Part shown: positions 10,101 to 17,919 of the stretch, piece by piece
Position numbering within the stretch: the stretch's first letter is position 1
Layout of the letters: every line of letters begins with the position of its first letter
Assembly (NCBI GenBank): GCA_046758505.1
Contig: JBHIAH010000004.1
Span: forward strand, 27,407 to 91,406
Reading direction: 5' to 3'
Origin: Candidatus Methylomirabilales bacterium
GTDB lineage: Bacteria; Methylomirabilota; Methylomirabilia; Methylomirabilales; CSP1-5
Length of the DNA stretch: 64,000 bases
Position numbers and translations under genes: made by a program
Notes under the pieces: model-generated
The model's database searches: none
What the model was told of the DNA's origin: nothing
The model's input: only the letters and a program-made list of their open reading frames with translations

Positions 10101-10853
10101 ATGCCGACACAGCCGACGATCTTGCTAACCAACGACGACGGCATCCACTCCCCTGGGCTGAAGACGGTAGCCGAGGCCTTGAAAGAAATCGGGGAGCTGT
10201 ATGTGATCGCTCCCGACCGGGAGCGGAGTGCCGCCGGGCACTCGCTTACGTTACATAAACCCCTCCGGGCCACGGAGGTTGCCCCCTGTTGGTACGTGGT
10301 GGATGGCACCCCTACCGACTGTGTGACCCTCGGGGTCATGGGGATGCTCAAGGAGAAGCCGCACCTCGTGGTCTCGGGGATCAATCTGGGGGCAAACCTG
10401 GGTGATGACATCACGTACTCGGGGACCGTTTCGGCGGCCGTCGAGGGAACCCTCTTGGGCATTCCTGCCTTCGCCATCTCGGCGGTGGACTCTGCGGCGC
10501 AAGACTTGGGCGCCGCAGCGGACTTTGGGGCACGCCTGGCCCTGCTCGTCCTCGATCGAGGCCTCCCTCGTGATACCCTGCTCAACGTCAATGTGCCTGC
10601 CGGCGCGGTGACGGGAGTGGCGGTCACCCGACAGGGAAAGCGGAGCTACACCGAGCTCATCGTGGAAAAGACGGACCCCCGGGGGAAAACCTATTACTGG
10701 ATTGGAGGAGGCGAGCCCACCTGGGAGCTCCTGGGGGGGACCGATTACGAGGCGGTGGTGGAGGGGAGAGTCTCGATCACCCCGCTCCATCTCGACCTGA
10801 CCAACTATGCGGCAACGCAGACCCTTAAGACCTGGGAGGCTCTCCTGGCGTGA
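10101..10853 (+). CDS. surE: 5'/3'-nucleotidase SurE
   Basis: ILLTNDDGI, GTPTDC, SGINLGANLG, YSGTVSAA, SITPL. Confidence 0.95.
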   Translation: MPTQPTILLTNDDGIHSPGLKTVAEALKEIGELYVIAPDRERSAAGHSLTLHKPLRATEVAPCWYVVDGTPTDCVTLGVMGMLKEKPHLVVSGINLGANLGDDITYSGTVSAAVEGTLLGIPAFAISAVDSAAQDLGAAADFGARLALLVLDRGLPRDTLLNVNVPAGAVTGVAVTRQGKRSYTELIVEKTDPRGKTYYWIGGGEPTWELLGGTDYEAVVEGRVSITPLHLDLTNYAATQTLKTWEALLA

Positions 10854-11608
10854 CGGGATCTTTCATGCCGTGGCGCGCGGTTTACTTTCATGCCCAGCAG
10901 GGCTGCACGCATGGGACAGGAAACGGGTGGGGCGGCGTACCCGATGATCAGGCTGCAGCCAGGGAACGCATGGTCAAAGAGCAGCTGGAACGGCGGGGAA
11001 TCACCGATCCTCGGGTTCTGGCGGCGATGCGCAAGGTTCCGCGCCACCTGTTCGTTGATCCTTCCTTGGGGTGGCGGGCTTACGAAGACTCGCCACTGGC
11101 CATTGGGGAGGGGCAGACGATCTCCCAGCCGTACATGGTGGCGGTCATGACCGCCACCCTCGCCCTTCAGGGGAGCGAACGCGTGCTGGAGATCGGAACC
11201 GGGTCGGGATATCAGACCGCCGTCTTGGCAGAGTTGGCCGCCTGGGTCTATTCCATCGAGCGCATTCCCACCCTGGCCGAGTGCGCCCAAAAGACCCTCG
11301 CACGCCAGGGCTATACCAATGTCTCCATCCGGGTCAGCGATGGGAGCATGGGGTGGCCGGAGGCCGCCCCCTTTGAGGCGATAGTGGTGACGGCCGGTGC
11401 TCCCCACGTTCCGCCACCCCTTGTGGAACAGCTCCAGGTCGGCGGGCGGCTCGTGATTCCCGTCGGGTCTTCCCATGCGCAAACCTTGCGGCGGGTGCTC
11501 AGAAAAAAGGATAGGGTCGAAGAGGAAGAGTTGGTCGCTTGTGTCTTTGTCAGGTTAGTGGGCGAACACGGGTGGCAAGAACAAGAAGAGGAGGATGGGC
11601 AGCGATAG
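10850..11608 (+). CDS. pcm: Protein-L-isoaspartate O-methyltransferase (start uncertain)
   Basis: VPRHLF, GQTISQPY, VLEIGTGSGYQTA, GGRLVIPVG; follows surE. Confidence 0.93.
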   Translation: MTGSFMPWRAVYFHAQQGCTHGTGNGWGGVPDDQAAARERMVKEQLERRGITDPRVLAAMRKVPRHLFVDPSLGWRAYEDSPLAIGEGQTISQPYMVAVMTATLALQGSERVLEIGTGSGYQTAVLAELAAWVYSIERIPTLAECAQKTLARQGYTNVSIRVSDGSMGWPEAAPFEAIVVTAGAPHVPPPLVEQLQVGGRLVIPVGSSHAQTLRRVLRKKDRVEEEELVACVFVRLVGEHGWQEQEEEDGQR

Positions 11609-11611
11609 GTG

Positions 11612-11689
<78 letters not shown>

Positions 11690-11854
11690 ATCGCATGCTC
11701 TGGCGCTTTGCCCGCAAGACACCGAACCTGCGAGGCCCCCGACAGGCGCCGAGACGAATGGTGAAACCTGCTCGGTTTGGCCGCGCGGGAGTCGACGACG
11801 ATATCGGGCGAGCACCCCCGCGTACTGCAGCACGTTCGCACCGTCCGGGGAGAA

Positions 11855-12145
11855 ATGGATCCGAAGAAGGCATCGCTGAAGGCGCGGGTCATCGGAAGGG
11901 TCCAAGGCGTCGGGTACCGATACTTCACTGAGCGTGTGGTTGCAGAGATCGGACTTTCCGGCTACGTCATGAATTGTCGCGACGGCAGTGTCGAGGTGAT
12001 GGTTGAGGGGGAGCGGCACGCGCTGGATCAACTCCTTCCCCTCCTGAAGCAGGGTCCCTTCGGCGCTCGCGTGGAAAAGGTAGAGGAGACCTGGGGGCCC
12101 TATACGGGACAGTTTACGGGGTTTGCGGTTCGGTTTGGGGGGTGA
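11855..12145 (+). CDS. Acylphosphatase
   Basis: GRVQGVGYR, GYVMN..DGSVEV, GP. Confidence 0.9.
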   Translation: MDPKKASLKARVIGRVQGVGYRYFTERVVAEIGLSGYVMNCRDGSVEVMVEGERHALDQLLPLLKQGPFGARVEKVEETWGPYTGQFTGFAVRFGG

Positions 12146-12154
12146 GGGGAGACA

Positions 12155-12685
12155 ATGGTGGAGGAGACGATCAACAGCCTGAGGGGGAAAATTCGGGATA
12201 TTCCCGATTTCCCGAAGCCGGGGGTGGTCTTTAAGGACATCACCCCCCTCCTTGCCGACGCGCAAGCCTTCCGGACGGCGCTCGACCTGCTCGGGGATCG
12301 GTATCGGGACCAGGGAGTGCAGGTGGTCGTCAGCGTCGAAGCCCGGGGGTTTATCATTGGCTCCGCCTTGGCGTATAAGCTGGGCGCCGGCCATGCGGTG
12401 ATCCGAAAGGCGGGGAAGCTCCCCTTCAAAACGCATCGCGCGGTCTATCACTTGGAGTATGGGACGGACACGTTGGAGATCCACGCGGATGCCCTGCAGC
12501 CTGGGGCACGGGTCCTCATCGCCGACGACGTCTTGGCAACCGGAGGAACTGTTGCCGCTGCCATCGATCTGGTGAACACGCTCGGAGGACAGATCTTGGG
12601 ACTCGCCTTCCTGGTCGAGCTCACCTTTCTCAAGGGTCGAGAAAAGCTCGATCATTATCCCCTCTTTTCCCTAATCAAGTATTAG
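12155..12685 (+). CDS. apt: Adenine phosphoribosyltransferase
   Basis: IPDFPKPGVVFKDITPLL, EARGF, IRKAGKLP, DDVLATGGT. Confidence 0.96.
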   Translation: MVEETINSLRGKIRDIPDFPKPGVVFKDITPLLADAQAFRTALDLLGDRYRDQGVQVVVSVEARGFIIGSALAYKLGAGHAVIRKAGKLPFKTHRAVYHLEYGTDTLEIHADALQPGARVLIADDVLATGGTVAAAIDLVNTLGGQILGLAFLVELTFLKGREKLDHYPLFSLIKY

Positions 12686-12806
12686 CGTCTCTTCTTTCAC
12701 CGCATCCGCCGTCCTTCTGGACGCACCGCCGACGGCGGACGCGGGTCTCCGAAGCACACACCCGCGGTTCTGGTGGCTTGACGGGGGGGTCCAGTGAAGG
12801 AACCCC

Positions 12807-13325
12807 TTAGGATGTGGATTCGTGTGGTTCGGTCAGGGGGATTCCGGCGGCCTTGAGCTGAAGGACCCTGCGGGCCCGATCACGGCCTGGGGATCGAGGC
12901 TTCGCTCGAAGGTGCTCGGTGATTTTTGGCAGGACTTTTTTGATGAGGTCGTGCCACGCCGCCACGGTCTTGGGGGCTCCATCAGTCGTGGCAAGCTCGT
13001 AATACAGCAAATACTCGGGGTGGGAGGGGCCAATGGCGAGGTCCCGTAGGCACAACCGCAGGCTTTCTCTGGCTGCAACCTGCGCGGGAGCCATCCCATC
13101 GTACGAGGGGTCCGATCCCAGCAAATAGTCGGTCGAGACTTCAAGGGCCCTGGCCAGCCTGCTGAGCGCATCCCCCCTGGGCTCAGAGGCGCCACGGAGC
13201 CACTCGTAGACCGAAGCCTGCTTGAGGCCTGTCCGGGCTATCAGGTCGGCTTTCCGCCATCCCTTGGCCTCCAACAGGCCTACAAGCCTGCAACCGAACT
13301 GTCTGGTTGTGTCTTTCCGGCTCAT
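12807..13325 (-). CDS. XRE/Cro-C1 family HTH regulator
   Basis: KGWRKADLIARTGLKQASVYEWLRGASEP...LARALEVSTDYLLG; C-terminal part not recognised. Confidence 0.85.
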   Translation of the reverse strand: MSRKDTTRQFGCRLVGLLEAKGWRKADLIARTGLKQASVYEWLRGASEPRGDALSRLARALEVSTDYLLGSDPSYDGMAPAQVAARESLRLCLRDLAIGPSHPEYLLYYELATTDGAPKTVAAWHDLIKKVLPKITEHLRAKPRSPGRDRARRVLQLKAAGIPLTEPHESTS

Positions 13326-13334
13326 CGTTCCATC

Positions 13335-13416
13335 ATGGTAGAACAACCGAGGGGGATTGTCAAATTTTTCTTGACAAGGATATAATCATGGTCTATATAT
13401 ACATAAATAATTATGT
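13335..13416. promoter_or_regulatory. AT-rich divergent promoter/operator region
   Basis: Inverted TTGTCAA(13357)...TTGACAA(13371). Minus strand: TTGACA-17-TACCAT. Plus strand: TTGTCA-18-TATAAT. Palindrome ACATAA-ATAA-TTATGT at 13401-13416. Confidence 0.65.
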
Positions 13417-13534
13417 TTTTTCGTTCTTGGGTTACGAACCGCCGGAAGGAGATGGGATGCGGTTCAACCCATTTTTAAGGGCCGATTCCTTTCAGGCCCC
13501 CGCGGTGAGGAACGGGAGTGAGGAGGGAAGAGCA

Positions 13535-13891
13535 ATGAAGAGGATCGCGGCAATTCTGCTCGGCCTGCTTCTTGTGACGCAGAGCACAGTGCTCTGGGCG
13601 GAGTCCGACCCCCACGAGAGCACGTTCGAGCAAGTTGGACTCGGGACCGGGAGCGTAGTCGGGTCGGTGGTCTACTTCCCCCTGAAGACGACCTTCTGCC
13701 TCTTGGGGGGAGTCGGGAGCATCTATACCCGTATCTTCGTCGGCCCCCGAGCCACCCATGAGCTCGTCAGCCTCACCTGCCGGGGGACCTGGGCCATCAC
13801 GCCCGCCACGCTGAAGGGACAGGAATCGGTCACGTTCGTGGGGGATGTCCCCCCCTTTGAAGACGACATGCCACCGGAAGAAGGGTATTAG
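13535..13891 (+). CDS. Hypothetical exported/membrane protein
   Basis: Signal peptide MKRIAAILLGLLLVTQSTVLWA, Gly-rich hydrophobic segments, purine-rich RBS. Confidence 0.7.
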   Translation: MKRIAAILLGLLLVTQSTVLWAESDPHESTFEQVGLGTGSVVGSVVYFPLKTTFCLLGGVGSIYTRIFVGPRATHELVSLTCRGTWAITPATLKGQESVTFVGDVPPFEDDMPPEEGY

Positions 13892-14037
13892 ACGGTCACG
13901 CGGAAGGGGATCTCTCCTGGACCGCATCCTGGAAGGCCAGGACGATCCCTCTCTCGGCCGAGCCAGTACCGGCGGATCGCTCGCTCGGGACCGAATTCCT
14001 TGGAAAGGCTACAGACACGAGCACAAGGAGGGGAGTT

Positions 14038-14427
14038 GTGTCATTGGAATTGCCAGGGGTAAAGGGGGATCGCTGGCGCTATCCCCGCTGGCGAGTATGC
14101 GAGGAGATGACGGGGCGAATGGCTTCAAGAAACCAGGTCTCCGTCCTCGACATTAGCCTGGGCGGGGCGCTGATCGAACATTTCAACCTTGTTCGACCCG
14201 GCAGCCCGTCCTTCCTCTCTCTCGTGGTCCAGGGGGCGGAAATCAGTCTGAGGTGTAGGGTCGTCCGAACGAGGCTCCACCGACATGAGCTCTGGCCCAC
14301 CGGGGAGCACGGTTACGTCTATCGGACTGGCCTGGAGTTTCTCGCACTCTCGGAAGAGTCCCGACGACTCCTCACCCAATACATCGACTTCCTGGGGGAA
14401 CAGGCTCGCGCACCGCTGAGTGCTTGA
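14038..14427 (+). CDS. Stand-alone PilZ domain protein (putative c-di-GMP receptor)
   Basis: RxxxR-like RWRYPR and DxSxxG (DISLGG) motifs, CRVVR...GLEF; AGGAGG RBS. Confidence 0.82.
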   Translation: MSLELPGVKGDRWRYPRWRVCEEMTGRMASRNQVSVLDISLGGALIEHFNLVRPGSPSFLSLVVQGAEISLRCRVVRTRLHRHELWPTGEHGYVYRTGLEFLALSEESRRLLTQYIDFLGEQARAPLSA

Positions 14428-14666
14428 ATCGGGGCGGCGTTCGGTCCCCTTTCCCGACGCCAGGACTGGAGTCAACGACAGCTTTTTCAACAGGACGGAG
14501 ACGCCGCCCAAGGGGAGGCGATCGGGCGCCTTCCGGCCCTTCGCCGATACCGCCGGGTACCCCCGCCCGAAGGGATCTGAGGAGACTGACATACACAGGC
14601 GCGACGCGGATGGGCCTCACGGACCCGCGCAGATCGGGGAAAGGCAACAGGGGAGGATGACCGAAT

Positions 14667-14906
14667 ATGATTTGGCGTGCACTCGCGTTTCTCGCTTTCC
14701 TCCTGAGCATCGCGGCACTGGTGATTGCGGTAATGGCATATCAACGGGCCGGGGGCGACCTCAAGATTTGGGGCCAAATCGACAATCCCCACCAGGCCAT
14801 TGAGGGTATACGGCAGGGGGCAGCGAATACCCTGGGCCGGCTCGAAAATTTCGTCCGCGGGGACCAGCAACACCAGGCCGGCGTCGAGGGCTTGCGGGAA
14901 AAGTAG
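14667..14906 (+). CDS. Small single-TM hypothetical protein
   Basis: N-terminal hydrophobic helix; GGAGG upstream. Confidence 0.55.
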   Translation: MIWRALAFLAFLLSIAALVIAVMAYQRAGGDLKIWGQIDNPHQAIEGIRQGAANTLGRLENFVRGDQQHQAGVEGLREK

Positions 14907-15353
14907 GGGAAGATCAGGCGAACAGTCAGGTCCGCCGTTGTGGCTATCATGTACACTTTTACTTGAACAATGTGTGTGTATGTGATTAGAATATAAGCCT
15001 TTCAATACGAACAAGACGGTGGCAGTTGCGAAGGAACGCTTTCTCGGAGTCTCTCACCGTCCACGCTCGCTTCCCCCCAAGATCTCCCGACGACCCCCGT
15101 CCCCCATCCGGAGCGAGGTTCTCTTGGTGGCTGGCCCCGGGGCGGTCCTCTCGAACTGTCAGTTGCAGGAGACGGCTTAATTGCATAGAATGGGGCAGTC
15201 CGTAACGGCTCCTCTTCGCGCATGCAGGCCCGGTTAGTAGGGGGGCATCCCGCTTATGCGGGCCACGCGATGTTTATGTGCCTCCGGGCGGGCTACGGCG
15301 ACAGGGGTCGATCTCTGGACCAATCGGGAGTCCTGGGAACAGAGTGCCCGGAT

Positions 15354-15811
15354 ATGCCGTCAAAGTTTCGACGGGGACCGTGCCCATGCCTCTCCACGGG
15401 AAGACTGGTGTTGCTTGGGGGTGCGCTGCTCTATCGCCCGAAGGAGTGAGGGATGAGGTCCCCGAAACGTACGCCTTCCATCGCTTGGAACAAGATCACC
15501 TCGCCATCCACTGGAACATCCTTCAGGGAGATGGTGGGGTAGTGGGAGAAGGCTATGTAGAGCACGTGGGTGGCCCTGGGATTCTCATCCGGTTTGTCAA
15601 TTTGACCGTGCGGGGCATCGATGCTGCGGGAGCCGTGGTCAGCACGGTGACCGGTGTCCCCCACCGAGACACGTTCCAGGTCGGGGATCAGGGGCTTTTT
15701 CGCATTGCGATGCTCGTGACCGGACGCGAGCGCAGCTTCCGCATCCGGGCCGAGTACTGGTGGGAGCCCTTCGATGAGGAAGAGGGAAGCAGGTCGATAT
15801 TCGGCAGGTAA
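15354..15811 (+). pseudogene. Probable frameshifted lipoprotein gene
   Basis: The ATG 15354 frame (…RLVLLG) and the long downstream frame (GCAALSPEG…) join into LVLLGG-C if one G is added to the G5 run at 15417-15421. Confidence 0.45.
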
Positions 15812-15894
15812 CGCCCCTCTGGCCCAGGACGCCGTTACTCGACCGAAAGGCTATTCACGGAACACGAGGCGGTGTCGTATTGTCAAACCCTGAT

Positions 15895-15971
15895 GGGCCT
15901 GTAGCTCAGGCGGACAGAGCAGAGGTTTCCTAAACCTCGTGCCGCAGGTTCGAGTCCTGCCAGGCCCACCA
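15895..15971 (+). tRNA. tRNA-Arg(CCT)
   Basis: Anticodon arm GAGGT-TT CCT AA-ACCTC; TTCGAGT T-loop; CCA end. Confidence 0.95.
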
Positions 15972-15987
15972 TCAATTCGAGATTCGC

Positions 15988-16701
15988 ATGGCAAAAAAGA
16001 GGCGCGCTTCTCATGTGGTGTATCCCTTAACACCCCCGCGGGACTTCACTACTCGGCTATCCGAACTGCGCCTCCCGGTGGGCATTGCCGTCCTCACGGC
16101 GCTTCTCGCCGTTTCGGGATGGTGGGGGTATCGGACCTGGCAGGTGAAACGAGAAACCGCGGCCCAGGCGCTTCTCGCCCGGGCACTGCTGGGTGTGGGC
16201 GACCTGGCGCAGCCCCCGGGCACCGAGGAGAAACGGGGGGCACAACAGCCCAGCATCGATGCGAAAACGCGGATGGCACTTCTTCTGCGGATCCGGAACG
16301 AGTATCCATCTTCCGACGCGGCAGAGGAGGCCCTTCTGGCGATCGGAAACGTCTCGTACGACGGCGGCGACTACCAGCAAGCCCTCCAGGCCTACCAGGA
16401 CTACCTTCGAGATTATCCGACCGGGTGGGGGGTATTTCTCGCCGGATTGGGCAAGGCATATGCCCTGGAATCGCAGCAACGCTACGAGCAGGCCGCCGCC
16501 ACGTTTCGCACGCTGGCCGATCGCTACAAGACAGAGGCGCTCCGCGTTGAGGCCCTTGTAGGCCTCGCACGCTCCCTCAAGGCGGTTGATCGCGGCATGG
16601 AGGCGATCGAGGTGTACCAACGGATTATGCAAGCCTATCCGGGGACCAACTGGGCACGGGCGGCACAGGAGCAGTTGGCGTCGCTCGAGCGGGGAGGTTG
16701 A
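15988..16701 (+). CDS. Membrane-anchored TPR protein (YfgM-like)
   Basis: N-terminal TM (…VSGWWGYRTWQ) followed by TPR helices with YP motifs. Confidence 0.8.
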   Translation: MAKKRRASHVVYPLTPPRDFTTRLSELRLPVGIAVLTALLAVSGWWGYRTWQVKRETAAQALLARALLGVGDLAQPPGTEEKRGAQQPSIDAKTRMALLLRIRNEYPSSDAAEEALLAIGNVSYDGGDYQQALQAYQDYLRDYPTGWGVFLAGLGKAYALESQQRYEQAAATFRTLADRYKTEALRVEALVGLARSLKAVDRGMEAIEVYQRIMQAYPGTNWARAAQEQLASLERGG

Positions 16702-16726
16702 GCCGGGACGGTCGGGTGTGGCTCGT

Positions 16727-16754
16727 ATGTCGGATAAGAAGTCTTATGTAAACT
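16727..16754 (+). other. dif-like XerC/XerD recombination site (probable chromosome terminus)
   Basis: ATGTCGGATAA-GAAGTC-TTATGTAAACT has the 11-6-11 architecture with a canonical XerD arm. It is intergenic and lies where gene strand bias flips. Confidence 0.85.
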
Positions 16755-16847
16755 TACGCATCACCTTACATAAAACGTGCGACCTTCCCTGGATCAGCTT
16801 ACATAAGACAAAACCCCTGTATCCCCTGCTATCCGCCCTCCCCCTCT

Positions 16848-16876
16848 CAAAGAAAATGGCCGCGATCTCCGCGGCC
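16848..16876 (-). terminator. Intrinsic terminator ending the minus-strand operon
   Basis: Minus strand GGCCGCG-GAGAT-CGCGGCC followed by ATTTTCTTT. Confidence 0.65.
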
Positions 16877-16905
16877 CCCCTCGTCGGTCATCCGTCAGGA
16901 ACCGG

Positions 16906-17397
16906 TTACATCTTGTACTTGCCGAAGTCCTCCGGCTTCAGGTTTTCAAGCCACTCCCGCCACCGATCGCTCTCCTCCTTCTCTTCCGCAATATCCATGC
17001 TCTTGGCTTTGCTGACCACTTTTTCTGTGACGAAAATCGGCGCATTCACTCTCAGCGCTAGAGCAATCGCATCGGAAGGCCGCGCATCGACGTTCACGAC
17101 ATTCCCGTTGTAACTGACCTCGATCACCGCGAAGAACGTGTTCTCCTTCAGGTCATTGACCACGATTTGTTGGACCGCGGCGCCGAGCCCGTCGAGGATG
17201 TTCTTGATCAGGTCATGCGTCATGGGGCGCGGCGTGGAAATCTTCTCCAATTCCAGGGCGATGGCATTCGCCTCAAAGATGCCAACCCAGATGGGAAGAG
17301 CCCGTTTCTCCTCTACGTCCTTGAGAATAATGATCGGCATGTTGGTGATCGGGTCGAGGGCGATCCCCCGCACTGTCATCCGGATCAGCATTGCCAT
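16906..17397 (-). CDS. Bifunctional nuclease family protein (DUF151)
   Basis: [34 protein letters not shown]. Confidence 0.93.
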   Translation of the reverse strand: MAMLIRMTVRGIALDPITNMPIIILKDVEEKRALPIWVGIFEANAIALELEKISTPRPMTHDLIKNILDGLGAAVQQIVVNDLKENTFFAVIEVSYNGNVVNVDARPSDAIALALRVNAPIFVTEKVVSKAKSMDIAEEKEESDRWREWLENLKPEDFGKYKM

Positions 17398-17409
17398 TCT
17401 CCCGTTCCC

Positions 17410-17895
17410 TCAGGCAGCCTCAAAGTAGGGCAACAGCTTCGCGTAGGTTTCCTGGAGGTGCTCCGGAATCACCTTGGTCTCGCCCAGGACCGGCATGAAA
17501 TTTGTATCCGCATTCCAGCGCGGAACGACGTGCATGTGCAGGTGGTCATCAATACCGGCCCCCGCCCCCTTGCCGATGTTCACCCCCATGTTGAATCCCT
17601 CCGCACGGAGGGCCTCGCCGAGGATTCGCTCGCTCCTACACGCCCAGGTCATCATCTCGGCCCTTTCCTCGGCGGAGAGCTTCTCCAGACGCTCCAGATG
17701 GCGGTACGGAGCGATCATCAGGTGGCCGGAATTATAGGGGTAAATGTTCATCAGGACATACGTAAAGGGCCCTCTGGCGAGAATCAGGTTCTTCGTGTCA
17801 TCCTCTTCTTTCGGCTTCTCGCACAGGATGCATCCGTTAGATCTCGGTCCCACGATGTACTGCATCCTCCACGGCGCCCACAGCGTCAGTCTCAT
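17410..17895 (-). CDS. HIT domain protein (Ap4A phosphorylase/Fhit-like)
   Basis: LWAPWRMQYI, CILC, NIYPYNSGHLMIAP, AGAGIDDHLHMHVVPRW. Confidence 0.92.
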   Translation of the reverse strand: MRLTLWAPWRMQYIVGPRSNGCILCEKPKEEDDTKNLILARGPFTYVLMNIYPYNSGHLMIAPYRHLERLEKLSAEERAEMMTWACRSERILGEALRAEGFNMGVNIGKGAGAGIDDHLHMHVVPRWNADTNFMPVLGETKVIPEHLQETYAKLLPYFEAA

Positions 17896-17919
17896 CGTAT
17901 CATCGGCTTTCCTGGACCG

